Positions 12,616 through 27,059 of a stretch of 64,000 nt of DNA are shown in pieces; position 1 is the stretch's first letter; every line of letters begins with the position of its first letter. Position numbers and translations under genes: made by a program. The notes below the pieces were generated by a model. It saw only the letters and a list, made by a program, of their open reading frames with translations. It was not told the DNA's origin and did no database searches. Source of the stretch: Camelus dromedarius (Eukaryota); contig NC_087437.1 of NCBI RefSeq assembly GCF_036321535.1, positions 87,670,001-87,734,000 of the forward strand, given 5' to 3'.

Positions 12616-15465
12616 ATAGTTCCAGTTACTTATTGCCATATAATAAACCACCCAAACCTTAGTGGTTTAAAACAATCACCAGTTTTTTCTCTCACAGTTC
12701 TGTGGGTTTACTTGGCTTAACTGGAAAGTTCTTCCACTGGTCTTACTTGAAGTTGCTCATGCAGTTGCTCACACAGGAGCTAGAACATCTGGAGAACTGG
12801 AGCAATGTAACAGCTGGGCTTCTCATAAAGTGTTCTCAGGGCTTTTCTACTGCTTGAGGATTCTCAGCGTATTCTCTCCTGCAGTGTAATTACACTCCTT
12901 ACGTGGAAGATCAGAGCTCTTCCAAAAGAACAAGACTAGAATAAACCAAGATCTTTTTAAGTTTTAAACCTGGAACTAGCTCAGAATTACTTCTGCCACC
13001 GTCTATTGCTTAAGCAATCACAGGGCCAGCTCAGATTCAAGAAACAGGGAAAGAAATTTTACCTCTAAATAGAGAATATACAGTCCTCTTATTTTCTCAC
13101 AGTCTGCCTTTGGCCCACAAGTTATTCATACTCTTCTCCCATCTAAAGTACACCTATTCCCTTCCAGGACTCAAAAAGCTTTCATCCCAAGTTCTAAGTT
13201 CAAGAAATCATCATCTAAATCAGATCCAAATGTGGTTCAGCCTTCTTTGAAGTAATTACTCTTAAACTAAAAATATTAGAATTAAGGGACAAGTTTTTAC
13301 CCCAACATATCCCACATACCCAGCATACAATGATAAAACAAGAGAACCTAAACATATACTTCCATCAAAAGGCATGGCAAAACAAAAGGCACACAGAAGT
13401 CACTGGTCCATAATTCTGAAACTTAAATAAGTACCTGAAACCAGTCCCTTGATTAGAGCCTAATCTTACTCCCAAAAGTGGTTTTTTTTTTTTGTTTTGT
13501 TTTGGTTTTTTTTTTGTCACTCATAGTTCCACTCTCTGGGCTCTTGGCTTTATGCTGTGAGTTATCCAGTCTTTTCTACAATAAATGGCTAATGTAAGCT
13601 AGCCTGCTTCCATAGGAAATTTGAAGTCCAAGGACCTCTTTGTTTCTGTCATTTCAGAGCATGTTATTCTAATTCCTTTAATAGGCCAAAGTCACACCCA
13701 CATCGTATCTTAAAAGACAGGCTCTTCTCTCTCTTAGACTGAGACTCAAAGTACTATGGAACCACACCCTTAAGAATCTTAGAACCCTCCAATTTAGCAG
13801 AAAGAGTCTAGGAGGTGACATCTTATATCATTCTGATAATTTTAAGAAGTCTTGCAGTTGCAAGCTCCACATCTTGATCCTGAAGAGAGAGAGATTTATT
13901 TTCAGTGCCATGGGTTTGATCTATATCCTGAGACTATTTCTTACATCAAGAGCCTTTTGGTGCCTAGGGAGTTAGAGACTCTTGGAATAAGAAACAGCTT
14001 TATTTTCCAAAGAGAAAATCCTAAATTCAAAGTATTTCCTCTAGATCTGCTTGAAAACTGTTTTTATTTACTTTATCATACCCAGATATACAAAATAAGT
14101 CATCACTACTGGCATTATATATGGAAATTTCCTTAACTATATCCTTCACAGATATGTATGTGTATATAACTCATTTCTCATTGTTTGTGGTAGTTATTGT
14201 CAATAAAGTCTCCATAAACACTAAATTAGCGAATACTGAATTATTGCCCAGAGAGGAAATACAGAGTCAGGTTCCTGTGAGCCTCTGGTCACAATATTTT
14301 CATTAGCTGCTCAGTACATAACTTTGTTTGATGTATGTTTCTGTTTAAGAACACTTTAATATATATTGTTGATGTACTAACATTAAACTCACAGCCAATA
14401 GTCCTATAACTTATGCCTGAACTAAGCTTCTCCAATATGCATTTTTTCCATAAGGCATTCTGCAGACTTCTTGCATCTAGGAACACTAGATAGCATGTCA
14501 GTACTACACTTGGAACCATTTTTAAACAGTGAAGTCACCATCATTTTGGTACTAAATAGACCACAAAAAACACACATTTACGGTAGGAGAGCTGAAACAA
14601 AAAAGCAAAACACTGCTTTGTTTAATCTCAACTGGGACCATGCTTGTGAGGTAACTGAAATTTTTCACTGCTTTGGGAAGCTTTACATGATTACAAAAGT
14701 GTACTATTGTTGTATATAAAAATATGTCAACTTTTTCACATTACCTTGGGTGATTACAATGCCAAACTTTTCAACACTCAGCACAGATTGCCTTTTTCCA
14801 GCCTCCAATGACAACTGTTTCTCCGTCCTTCCAGCCTTTACTAACAGACTCCCCAAGACTCCACTGACTTCTGATCATAACCAATTCCCCAAACCAATGT
14901 AACATGTATCAGTTTCTGTTACAGGAGCAACTTCTAAGTACCAATTCTTTTCAGTCATTTTTCACTAAAAATAGTAGAAGTAGATTTTAACAATCTATTT
15001 CAGATCATAGACACTTAAAACAAGGATCATTTTCTGTATCTTACAGATCTGTTGATTTGCCTTGGATTAAACAGGGCAGTTCATCTGCTGGTCTGGCTTA
15101 AGGTCTCTCCTGCAAAGGCAGTACGATGGCAACAGTGGGCCTGGAGTCATTTGGAGGCTGAACTGGGATTCTGGGATGGTTGCTCCACATAGTGGTCAAA
15201 AGTCTCTCCTCCAAATTTCTCCCTTCAATTTCTTTCTGTGGTTTCTCCAGCAGCGTAGTCATATTTCTCACATGACTGCACTCTGCAACCCACAAAGTGC
15301 AAAGCAGAAGCTGCCAGGTCTTTTTTAAGGCTTATATTGCAACTAACACAGTACTACTCTACTATCTTCTATTGACTAAACAGGCACAGTACACCCCAGG
15401 AAAAAAGAAATAAGCTTTACCTCTTCATGGTGGAGTGAAATGATTTTTGGCCATTTTAAATCCAA
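12616..15465 (-). mobile_element. near full-length MaLR (MLT1-type) element: LTR-internal-LTR
   Basis: LTR-like ~12616-13085 ('aaaccacccaaaccttagtggtttaaaacaa...ctcacagttctgtggg'); internal ~13090-14950 ending 'gtaccaattc'; second LTR-like ~14950-15465 with the same motif order. Confidence 0.7.
14168..14710 (+). mobile_element. MER82 (TcMar-Tigger non-autonomous)
   Basis: 'acactaaattagcgaatactgaa...ggttcctgtgagcctctggtcacaa...aggaacactaga' matches the remembered MER82 consensus. Confidence 0.85.
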
Positions 15466-15479
15466 CAAAGAGCATACAC

Positions 15480-16290
15480 TTGCTTTATTTCTCACTTCAG
15501 TACAAATTTGTGTACTTCAACATTAAGCAGGTTGGGTTTTTTTTGTTTGTTTAGGTTAAAGAGATTTTTTTTCTTTTAATCATGTTACAGAAAATTCTAA
15601 TTATTCTCATCATGTTAAGAGTTATTAGAAAAGAATATCATATTATTCAAAAGACCTTCAGTTTCTATTAAGATTGTATGCATTCTCCTTTGATATATTA
15701 ATATGGTAAATCTATAAATAGATTCTCTTTTACTGAACCATCCTTGCATTTCTGGAGTAAAGCTCTTATGATCAATGAATAAAATTTTCGGTGTATTATG
15801 GACTTTTTAATTGTTCATTTAAGATTTCTGCATCAGTAATTAAACACAAGGTCACTTTAGCTGTGTGGTGAATGTGTGTGCTCTTTCTCAAGTTTTGGTA
15901 GCACTGTTATTCTAGCTTTGTGTAAAGTATTTTGGATGAGTTCCTTTTTTCCCCTCTGATCTGAAAAAAATTTAAATTATATTCTGATCATTCCTTGGAA
16001 TTGTGAAAGAGATCATCTGTGAACCCATCTGGGCCTGCCTAGTATTTTTGACATATTTAACTGTTTGAAGTATTTCTTGTTTTAATTTCATAATTATTTC
16101 TCTATTAATTTTTCAAAAATTTGTACTGGATTGATTTGCTCAGCTTTAAAAAATATATAAATATTTAAAAGTTTATAAAATGTGTTTATTACACTGAGCA
16201 AAATTATTTAAATTCCTATCTTGATAAATTTACCCATTCTAAGGTATATTTTGGCTTTCTCTCATTTTTTATTAGATTAGGAAGTAGTTT
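15480..16290 (-). mobile_element. old L1 (L1ME-like), right part
   Basis: 'tgaaccatccttgcatttctggagtaaa','catctgtgaacccatctgggcctg' are antisense L1 ORF2 motifs continuing from 12612. Confidence 0.65.
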
Positions 16291-17594
16291 ATCTACAGAA
16301 TAATCTCATCATTTGTGATTTCATGAGTTAAAAATCTGGAATAGCAAAATCACCCTGGAAAAATCCTTTGGTAATATTTCACTTGAAGCCCAATATAACA
16401 TTTCTCAATAAATCCAAGACAGCCAATGTTTCCTCAAGCATTGGAAGAGATTTCTGTTTCTTTGAGTACCAGATGAGATATTGGCTTATATTTAGAGTCC
16501 ATGTTGTATGAAAAATAAATACATTTAAATACTAGAATCATAATTACATGCATCAAACCAAGATGCTCATACTATGAAAGGCAGAAGGGAGGTATAATTG
16601 AGTCAACAGAAAATTCTTCTTGAAGGCTCACTTCAAGGTATATTCATGGAGAAGAATGGAGAAATGGTGTGTGGAAATCCTTCAGGACTATCACACTTAC
16701 AAAAGAAAAAAAAAGAGAGATGCAGACAAGATCCAAAGAGAAGTTTGTTCTTTCTGGATGATTTTTCTCCTTGGCCCCAATTTCATGTATTTGGCACATA
16801 TCCTTCATAATTAAAGATCTTCAGTTAAGGATATTTCTTTGTTTCCTTGAAGGCCATATTTTTCCCTCTGTTACTTTTGTTTGTTTTCTGTTGTTTCTTA
16901 TGAGTTTTAGAAGACAAAAATTCAATTAAAATCCCTTCCTCCTACACATTTGAAGTCAAATTCATTATTTAATTTTATTATTTTCATTCTAGGAGTATCT
17001 AACATTTCATCAGAAAGCATTATATAATAAAACCCCCAAATTTTTGAATTATAATAGCCTATTTTTGTCCTGGTCATTAATTTCCTAATTGCTTTTTACA
17101 TTTGACTTTTAAAGTTCAACTTACATCAAATTTAGAATATCTATAATTTAATAAAATTTTGGCTTTTGGAATGTTGATATATCAAAGTAATGAACAAAGT
17201 AAATTTCAACTTTACCATTTTATTTTAAAAATGTCAACAATATTTAAAGTATTTAATTGAATAGTCACTAAAACAAGCATGATAATTTAACTACATTAAT
17301 TAAATAAGAAAAATATGAGAAACCCAGAGTTCAAGTATGTACATCTGTTCTCAAGTTTATAATCATGCCAAAATCTATTACTGGTTTTATTTAAATTACT
17401 ATGTTGCAAACTCTTCCTTCTGTCATATGCATTCACCCTAACTTAGTTTCCCAATTAATTTCTATATTTATTCATGTTTATAATAAGAACAAAGATTTGG
17501 TTATAAAAGATAATTTTTTTAAAAAATCCCTAAAAAGTATATTCATTTTTCATTTAACATTTTCCATTATTCTCTTAGGACACTTCATTTTTCA

Positions 17595-17850
17595 TTTCTT
17601 TATTCATTCAGTTATTTATGTGTAAATGAGAACTTAGCACGTGCCAAAATCTGTGCTCATTTGCTGCAAATACAATATTGAGCAAGATGAATACAACCTG
17701 TTCCTGTGTGGAAATTAAAATATAATAAGAAAGTTATAATAAAGTAAAATTAAAACTATAATATGATTTGATAAGTGCTACAGTAGAAGAAGTAAAGTTC
17801 ATAAGATAGAAGAGCTTCTCATTCAGAGTTGGGGGGTCAAAGAAAATGAA
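17595..17850 (-). mobile_element. L2 3' fragment
   Basis: 'ttcattcagttattt...gtgccaaaatctgtgct...gataagtgcta'. Confidence 0.5.
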
Positions 17851-18534
17851 GAATAAGGAATAATTTATCAATAAACTATCATCCTTGCAAAGGAGCTGTT
17901 AATTTTCTTTGTATAGGTCTAACTTAAGTAAAATTTCTGGCCTGAGTGGACAGTGTTCATGCTTTAATTCTGAAGCCTGATGAGTTATAAATTTAGTACG
18001 TAAAAAATTCTGTTTCTATTTTTCTCATTATTTTTGTACATTAAATGAAATTAATGTAAAGAGACAAGTGTTGGAATCAACCACAGTTGAATCAAGGAAC
18101 CACAACATTATCAAAATGGTAAAAGTCAGTTTCCCCAAATGTGATCCAAGTTTTAAAGTCCATGACTTTACTCATGGGAGACTACCAGATTTTTTAAATA
18201 TATATATAAAAAAAAATTGAGCCAATAATATGGCTCTATAGATTAACTCCAACATCGAATTCCTGGCTTTCTATTTCTGAGCATTATGCAAAGTTGGTTT
18301 TCATGTTTTAATTAACAAAGAAGGAGAAAGTTAACCACCAATTTTTTTTAAATGTAAAGAGAGGTAATTTCAAAATATAAGGTCCATGTGGTAAAAATAA
18401 TAAAATGGAGTCATAAGTAATTTTGTAAAATTCTGCATCTATATTATAATTCAGTGGAACAATCAGATTAAGATTCTTAGAACTGTCTTGATTAGAAAAA
18501 TAACTAATAATCTCCATACACATAGATATTAGAA

Positions 18535-18885
18535 ATGTAACACCTTATATAAGGAGGTAAATAGGGTTAAATGAGATCATAAGTGTAGAGCCCTAATCTG
18601 ATAGGATTGGTGGTATTATGAAAAGAGAAAGAGAAATGAATCTCTATCTCTCCCTCTCCCTCTCTTTTCCTCTCTTTTCATGAGCACACACTGAGGAAAG
18701 GCCATGTGAGTAAACAACAAGATGGTAGCTGCCTACAAGGCTTTTAAGGCCTCAGAATAAAACCTACATTGCCGGCATCATGATCTTAGACTTCACAGCC
18801 TCCAGAAATGTGAGAAATTAATTTCCATTGTTTAAGTCACACAGTCTATGGTATTTTGTTATAGCTGTCCAAGCTGACTAAGACA
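18535..18885 (+). mobile_element. MLT1A/B-type MaLR solo LTR
   Basis: 'ggttaaatgagatcataag...gaaaggccatgtgag...gacttcacagcctccagaaatgtgaga...ggtattttgttatagc...gactaagaca'. Confidence 0.88.
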
Positions 18886-18889
18886 GGAG

Positions 18890-20700
18890 GTGATCATGAG
18901 TTTGGTTTCACACATATTAAGTTTTGGATTGCTTGAAATTATTTAAGAGAAGTTGTCTGGTAGAAAGTTGGAGGCAAAGCTCTAAAACTCAAAGACATCA
19001 ATGTCTAAAAATCTATTTAAAAATATACATTTGTGAGCTTGCTTTGACAATGTGGTAATTGAAGAGATGGATTTGAATAAGATTCCCAGGGAATAGCATA
19101 AATTAAGAAAACTCCTAAGAAACGAACCTCAAAAAATGTTAACATTTAAAATTGGATAGAAGCGAAGATCAGAAAAGACATGAAGAGAAACCATCAGAAA
19201 GTTAAATAGACTAAAAAGTGCTTTTAGGGTTAAGAAAAAGAAGACACATGTGAATCTAGTGGAGGAGAGCAGCAGTAAGGCTGTTAGAATGGATCAAAGA
19301 GTGGTTTGGATGGGAAGAAATATAGTTAGAGACAAATCTTATTAGAAGTTTAAATATTTAGGAAATTAATGAGAAAGGGCAGAAGTGAAAAATTCAATGA
19401 AAACATTTGTTAACTTGTTTGTATGTTTGCTTGTTTGTTTTAACAGGAGACTCCTGAATAAAAAGCAAAGAGAAGGAATCATTAGAATGAGAATTTAGTA
19501 TGTAGGAGAAAGAGGTATAATTTTTGGTGTGAATTTTCTGCAATGAAGTTGAAATGCTAAGCACCAGTGGAAGCATCACCTTGATAAAAGGAGGACATTG
19601 CCTTGTCAGTTGCAGGAAGAAGCACAGGATATGGACAGATATAAGTCAGTTTCATATCATGAGGCTGAAAGAGGTCCCCTCTGACATATTCTATTTTTCA
19701 ATCAATCATAAGGGGCATCATTACTGAAATTGAGCAGAGAAGATAGGAAGACTAGAAATTTTGGCAGAGTGGAAATGTTTGAAAAGGGCATTATTTAAAT
19801 CAGAATTATGAACAAATTTTCAAAGACATATAGCAAGATTTCTTAGTAGCATTGAGGGGCCCATTTAAGGTCAGTGACTGTTAACTTATAGTTAAACCAG
19901 GAAACCCAGTTGGGTAATTTCTTGCCATATTGCTTGACTACTTGGATTCAGATGCAAAGAAATTGGGTGATTGGTTTCTTCTATGACTGAGATTTTGACA
20001 AATGAGTGTGAATAAAAGAGAGAAAGTCAAGGAAGTACTTAGTACTGGAAAGAGAATTCTTAGAATATTAACTAATTAACTTAAGTTGAATAGCAAGGAA
20101 ATTTTAAAAAAGGAGAAGGCTCTGGTGTTAAGATACAAAAGAAAATTCAGTGGACTAGAATTTGATTGCAATATAAAATGATCATAGTAGGAGTATTTAA
20201 ATAAAGTATGAGAGAAGTTTGTGGCCATCTGAGATGTTGAAGATACTAGACGGGATTGATAGAGTAGGCAGTTGAAAGGGAGTGTGGATGACTCTAGAGG
20301 TGAGAAGGTCAAGAAGTACATATGACAATAGAGAAACCACTTAAGGGTTGAAGTGACCCAGGAAGATGGCAGCACTTCTGTTCTTAAGAGCTTCTGTAAA
20401 ATATGTGTCAAAAACTTTGCAAGATTAGAGAGAATTTTCTGGAAGCCATCAAATGACAGCAACAGAAACGGATTAGGTGATATATATGAAGGACTTAACC
20501 AGATTTGGGGGTTTTGTTTTACAAAAGACCGAATGAGTAAGATCTGGATGGATGGAACAAGATGCAGGAATAACACCACTTCCACCTCATGTCCTTGAGG
20601 CTTGCGAAAACAGTCACTTCCTGAAAATATTCTGCCAGGTAAATTTTCTCACTGAGAGGAGTCTCACTTAACACAAGGACAATAGGAAAACACTCACAGA
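18890..20700 (-). mobile_element. long degraded L2
   Basis: Purine-rich + strand with antisense L2 motifs ('gagtttggtttcacacatattaagttt','aacatttaaa'). Confidence 0.55.
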
Positions 20701-21099
20701 CGGTTTTGAAAATTGAGGGGAGTTAGTTTTATGACGCTTTGATTCTAGTGGGGACATGGAAATGAGTCAGTGAAGCAATAGGTTGGGGGTAGAGGCTGGG
20801 TCAGGTACAATAAAGAATTTAGGTGCTGTTGTTTTAGAAAATCCATGATGTGAAGCTTACACATTTTTGCTGACTGATAAAAACAGAGATGGAAAAAGTA
20901 TATGAGTTTCATCTGAAAAGTTACTTGAAGGAGAGTGAACACTGAGCCTAGAAATTGGTGCACATGTTTCTTTTGGGTGAGGTGATATTGAACACAGGCG
21001 CCATGTTTCCCTCCTGCTAGCATGTTCACTGTTGGACCCAGAATGCAGATTCACATTCTGAGTGAGTTGGATTGTTAATGGTGAACTCAAACACTATCA

Positions 21100-21195
21100 G
21101 CAGCAGCAGCATCAATAATAGAGCACATACCCTGTGCCAGGACAATACTCCAAGAGTATCACAAATATTAACCTATTCAACCCTCTTAACAGCCC
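21100..21195 (-). mobile_element. MIR fragment
   Basis: 'gagcacataccctgtgccaggac...attaacctattcaaccctcttaacagccc'. Confidence 0.6.
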
Positions 21196-21675
21196 CCAGT
21201 GGATGCCTGAAACCATGGATAGTACTGGATCCTATCTATACTATGTTTTTTTCCTATAATAAAGTCTAGTTTATAAATGAGGCACAGTAAGAGATTAACA
21301 ATATCTCTAATAATAATAATAAAATAATAATAAACTAGAATAATTGTAACAATGTACTGTAATGAAAGTTACGTGAATGTAGAATTTTTTTCCTTCTTCA
21401 CAATTTCACAGATTTCATAGATTTGTTCTTACCATAGATCTTAGCAACCTCAGCAAATTTTGTATTTCTTTTCTAAGAGTTAATTGAAGGCAATACCATG
21501 ACAGTCCATTTTATAGCCTAGATGCTACTTAGTGACTAAGGGACTGGCTATGCTGGACAAAGGATGACTCATGTCCCAGGTGGGATGGAGCTGGACAGCA
21601 GGAGATTTCATCATGCTATTCAGAACAGCATGCAAATTAAAACTTGTGAATTGTTTATTTCTCGAATTTTTCTCT
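21195..21675 (-). mobile_element. MER44/Tigger7-type DNA transposon fragment
   Basis: 'ggatgcctgaaaccatggatagtac...ggcacagtaagagattaacaa...gagatttcatcatgctattcagaacagcatgcaaattaaaacttgtgaattgtttatttct'. Confidence 0.75.
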
Positions 21676-23229
21676 CAATACAGAGAGAGTGGGATGGGGA
21701 GGGCATTTTTTTAAATGGTGTGAATTTTTATTTATGTGTGGTGCTATAAGTGAAATCTCAAATAAAATCAATTTGACATAAAATAAGCATAAACATAACA
21801 ATTAAAGAGAGACAAGTGCCACACCTGACAGCCCAGAATATAAGTTTGCACCTGTACAGCCCTAATTTATAAACTCTTGCTAGTAATTATTAATTACATC
21901 AGAATATTCTTATAAAATAATTTTAACCTTATTACCAGTTTAAAGTTTCACTTGATTTCCAGCTCTAAATAAGTTATCCTAAAAGAATATTTTAGTAGTG
22001 AAATATCTGAAATTGAAACTGAGAACTTCATGGTGAATTTGGGAAGGAAGATTTCAGGAAGATTTCTATGGCAAATTGTTTATGTGCCAATAAATTCTCT
22101 AATAGACATTTTCACCAGTCTGCTAAAGTTTCATCCAAGAAAAATAGTATAAGGAATGAATTTATCTCATTTTCTGTTTCCTCTCCAAATAGTAATTTTA
22201 TTTTTAAAATACATAGAAATTATACCATGTGGTTTTCTTTATACCTCAGACCCTGGAAAAATGTAACATTTTTACTGAGAAGAGACAAGCAATCTGTACA
22301 TTTAGCTCTTTGCTTATGTATTTGTATTTGAACTTACATATTTGTATTTTAAAATTATGTGGCAAATAAAGTAAGCATTATATATTGAGGCTCTGATAAG
22401 CAATAACATGATTTTCTATGCTTAAAGATTATGACTAAAATGCCTTAAAGTATGAAATCGTTTTAAAGGAAAGAAAATCATTCTTCCTTATCACTGATTC
22501 TATCAACCTTCCATCAACAAATCCTTCAACAGACTTCCTAGAGGTTCCTAACACTGTAATATCACCCACAGACATGAAGGGCGGTATGTGAGGTATCTGG
22601 CCTCCTCTCTGTATGGCTTATTCACCTGCATCTTTAAATTCACTAAATAAATAAAAATGGGCAGAGAATATATACTCAGTGACTTCCAAGTTTAGATATA
22701 ATTTTAATTTTTCTAATATCCACATACATTTCCACAACCAAATAAGATTACATCTCAAATAGTTTCAGTATAAATAATTTTTTTGTGAAATATTGTGTCT
22801 GTAGATTTTTCAGAAAGGCATTTTTACCTATACCTTAAAAATAATTCCATGGAAGTAGAGATATTTCCTTTTTTTCACCTTGTTAAAACTAATAATATCT
22901 TAAAATTATATCCAACCATCACCAACGTGTAAGAACTGAAGTCACATTTGATTTCTAAATAGATATGAATTTATATATTTATTTTAATAGATAATATATG
23001 CAATGTGATTTCAAAAAAATACAAATGTTGCAAATGAGAATACAAGGGAAAGGTCCTTTATTTGCCCAGAGACAACCACTGTTACCAGCTGATTCTCTTT
23101 CCAGAGATAATTTGTGAAAATGTAAATGAATGAATATGGATAGAGATACAGAATCTATTTTTTAATAAATGCAAGTAGTAATATTTCCATGCAAATTTAT
23201 GAGTATATGTCTAGTAGGCATTGTGTTGT

Positions 23230-23530
23230 ACTTAACATAACCAAAATGTTATTCCAAAGCCTTAGATAAAATATCTCTGCCTGCCCTCCCCCAACCACCC
23301 CTACCAAAGCAGCACTCATAACTTCTGGTCACCTCCTATTGCATTACCTTGTTTTATCTTTTCTATGGAAATTCTCAACATTTAAGATTATCTTCTTTTA
23401 AGATTAATTGATTTGTTTACATTTCTGTTGACTGTCTTCCTCTGATAGAATAAAAGCTACCTGAAGGCAGGTTTTCACTGTTTAAATCCCAATACTGAAA
23501 GCAGTGCCTACCATGAAATAGAGCCCGATG
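23230..23530 (+). mobile_element. L2 3' end
   Basis: 'gactgtcttcctctgatagaataaaagctacctgaaggcagg...gcagtgcct'. Confidence 0.6.
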
Positions 23531-23559
23531 CTTTTCTGCCTTGCTTCCCTCACTTACCG

Positions 23560-25000
23560 TATCTCTAATATCATTCAGCCCCATAGAAAATACTTTTACT
23601 TGACTACGTGGTACTTCATTATATGAATGTATCATAAATGATTTTACTAGTTACCTAATAATGGACATCTAAGTTGTTTATATTAGTTTGCTGAGACAAA
23701 CAATGCTGCAATGAATATACTGACATACATTTACATATACTTTTTTGGTTCACAAGTGAGAATGTAACTGTTGGATAAATTCCTAGAGTAGAATTGCTGA
23801 ATCAAAGGGTATATGTATTTTTACATTGATATATTTTGCCAAAATACTCTCTCAAGAGACTGTTCCAATTTAAATTATCTGCAACAATGTATGAGAATGA
23901 GTGTTTCCAGAGATTCTCATCAATACAGTGTGGGTAAAAGAGTATTGTTTTAATTTTTACTTGCTTATCATGATTGAGTTTGAGCATATTTTTAAACATT
24001 TAAAAATCCATATATTTTCTGTTGCTGAATTGTCCTTTACACATAATTTTTCCAGGGGTCCATTGATTTATGGAAAATCATTATTATGAAAGTGAATAAA
24101 ATAGCCCATATGTTTTCTTTAGACTGCGTTTTAGTCTTTTTCTATACAATTTTAAATGTTGCACACTTAGAATTACCATTTTTTTCTTTTGAGACTGTTC
24201 GGTTTACTTTTGTGTTTAGAGAGACTATTCCATTTCAAGACCATAAAAAAGCATTGTATGTTTATTGTTATTTCTTTTATGGCTCCATTTTTTAATAATA
24301 ATTGTGAGTCATCTGAAATTTACCCCCCTGTAAGAAATGATGTTAGACTATAAGGGCTTTTTATCCCCCTATGCTAGCCAGTAATCCCAGTTCTATTTAT
24401 TGAATAATTTTTTTTTCCTAACCAATGTGGAATTATGAAATAAACAAAAAGTCTTAATATCTGGATTCTCTATTTATTTGATGTTTATATATACTATTTT
24501 TACCATAGATATATAATATTTTTCAGTTTTTCATGGAGTTGGCCCATCCCCATTACAATTTTTTATAATTTTTCCAACTATGTTTACAATTTTAAACTTA
24601 AATAACTTGGCTATGTCCAAAAATATCTTATTGATATTTTATTTGGATATATTTAAATGTATTGATTAGATTAGATATAATTAACATTTTTATAACTTTA
24701 AAATCTATTATGCAAGAATAAAGTATGCTTTTCCATAAAATTACTTTTCACCCCTCCACATTACTTTAACCTTTTTTTATTTCGCACTTTTCTTAAGCTT
24801 ATTTCTATTTTTAATATTTTTTTTTGCTGTTGTGAGACCATTCATTCTATTTTAAGCGTTTTTCATTTGTGTAGTTATTGATTTGTATAAATTAACTTTG
24901 TATGCAAAAGCTCACAAATCAGTTTTTCATTTGATTCACATATTTTCCTTTTATGTTCTTTTTAGATATTTTAAACATAAGGATTTTTTAAATATATTTT
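23560..25000 (-). mobile_element. old L1 (L1ME-like) 3' region
   Basis: 'aatggacatctaagttg','ggataaattcctagagtagaattgctgaatcaaagggtat','tgagcatattt'. Confidence 0.7.
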
Positions 25001-26259
25001 AGAAGATGAGTTAAATTTCATTACATTTACCGTTCGCTATATTAAAAATGTGAGTTGAATTTCACTACATTTATGGTATTCATACTGACATTTTAATTGT
25101 AATATGGTCAATTATATAAATCTTTCTTCTCTTTTTGACAGTTCTTTTCATGTCCATTTTCACTTTACTCCATGCATATTAATTTTTAAATATTTCTCAA
25201 AATATTCACACAGTATGAAAATTAATAGATCACAAATCAAAAAATTTAGTTAACTCAAAACATTTGAACATTGATTACACTCCTTATAAGCCTTACATAT
25301 ATATAATTTTCTTAAATGCTTTCAACACTTTAAAATGCAGATAAAATCATACACTATTACAATGATTACAAATGGTTACAACATTTCTTATACATGGGAT
25401 AAATTTCTTCATTTTCTCTTTTTATTCTTCCTCTTATTTTTTTCTTGCAGTTAGAATTCTATTTACCTAACCTAGAGAGCTGGGGTTACCTCCTCTGAGT
25501 AGCTGAGTTAACACATAAAATGTGGTGAATGGTACATGGTCAGGGACACAAGACTTATTTGTGCCTTCTATGGTGATACGCTAGTCTGGTATCTAACTGG
25601 GCAATCCTCTTTGATAGCCTATCTATTTGATAACAAAACTGTCTAAATATTTGAGTATATAACAAGATATATATTCATTTTTGTGACCACAATCTTATTA
25701 CTTTTGCTGGTATTTGATTTGTAACAATTAAATATAGACTTTCATCAATTCCTTTTATCAAAGCTAGATTTTTCCCTTTTGAACAAGCAATAAGACCCAT
25801 GATATTGACACAGTTATGATTATGTTATTGACACATCTATATAAAAATGCTTAAAATGATGCATCATTTAGTGTGCCATTTTTCTTAGTTATCATTTATG
25901 AAATTAAGAAAATCACCTCTATTCCTATTCTGCTAAGGGTTTATATAATAAATTTCTCCTTGATTTCAACTTGCTTAACTTCACTGGTTTTTGTTTCAGT
26001 TATATGTTTTTATTTCATGAATTTTTGTTCTATTTTATAGATCTGATTTCTTCAGTTACCACTCTGAATTCTAAACATAACTTATTCTGGAGGTTTTTTT
26101 AGTTGCTTAATTATTTTTCACTCCTGCTAGAGTGAATTCATTTTTTTATGATTGTTTTTTATTTGTTCTTCTATAAAATTTATTCATACATTTTAGAATT
26201 ATGTTGGCATACTCATCTCAGTAAGCATAATTTTAGCTTTTCTCAGATCTAGTTAAAAT

Positions 26260-26720
26260 CACATTTTGCTGTAATTAAAAAAGAAAACAGTAGCTTAAAC
26301 AAAGGAAGAGTTGTTTTTCTCACATAACAAGATGCACAGAGGCGAGAAACCACGGCTGTGCTGGTACGAAGCCCGAGGATGACATCCAGGAAGCTGGTTC
26401 TATCTGTCTTCATGCTCTGTCATCCATAATGTATGCTTTCATTCTTATGGTTTCAATACAATAGCTGCAACTCCAGATATCACATTACTTTTTCAGGCAG
26501 AAATAAGAAGAATGGCCCAAGGATTTTCTTCTAACAAGATTATGTTTGGGCCAAGAAGCCCTCACCCGAAACTAATATTTTCATCTCAGTGACTGGAAGG
26601 TGTCATAATCTAACTTTAAAGGAGGCTGAGAATTCAAATATTTTGATTTACGCAACTTGTAGTAAAAAAAACTACGGAGGAAAGTTTTGGAGTTGCTGTT
26701 TAAGAATTCAGCTTATCATC
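26260..26720 (-). mobile_element. old MLT1 (J/K-like) MaLR LTR
   Basis: 'cagtagcttaaacaaag...tttctcacataacaaga...atagctgcaactccagatatcaca'. Confidence 0.65.
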
Positions 26721-27059
26721 TCTACAACTCTTTCTCTCTTTTCTCTCTGATCTCTTGTTTCTCTAAGACTGAATGCAGTGCCTTAGCGCATGTGAAGCAT
26801 TATTCCTCCTCATTATCCCATTTTAGCCACCGAGGTCTGTTTCTAGACCCAGAGTTCAGTAAGCCTGTGCCTTCTGCTCTCTTATCCACCGATCTTTTCT
26901 GGTTTTGATCTATGATTAGATTTTTATATTTGGGGGACTTGGCATTATCATTTATAATTTTACCTTTTCTATTTTACCTATTTTTCTAATGTATTTAGAG
27001 TGATAAGTGGGGTTGTGGAGACATGTCCTGGCAGTACTGTCTTGACTAGAAGCACACAT

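Noticed and set aside
20076..20585. 169-aa ORF
   Set aside because: Lies in purine-rich degraded L2-like sequence; no gene structure or recognisable domain
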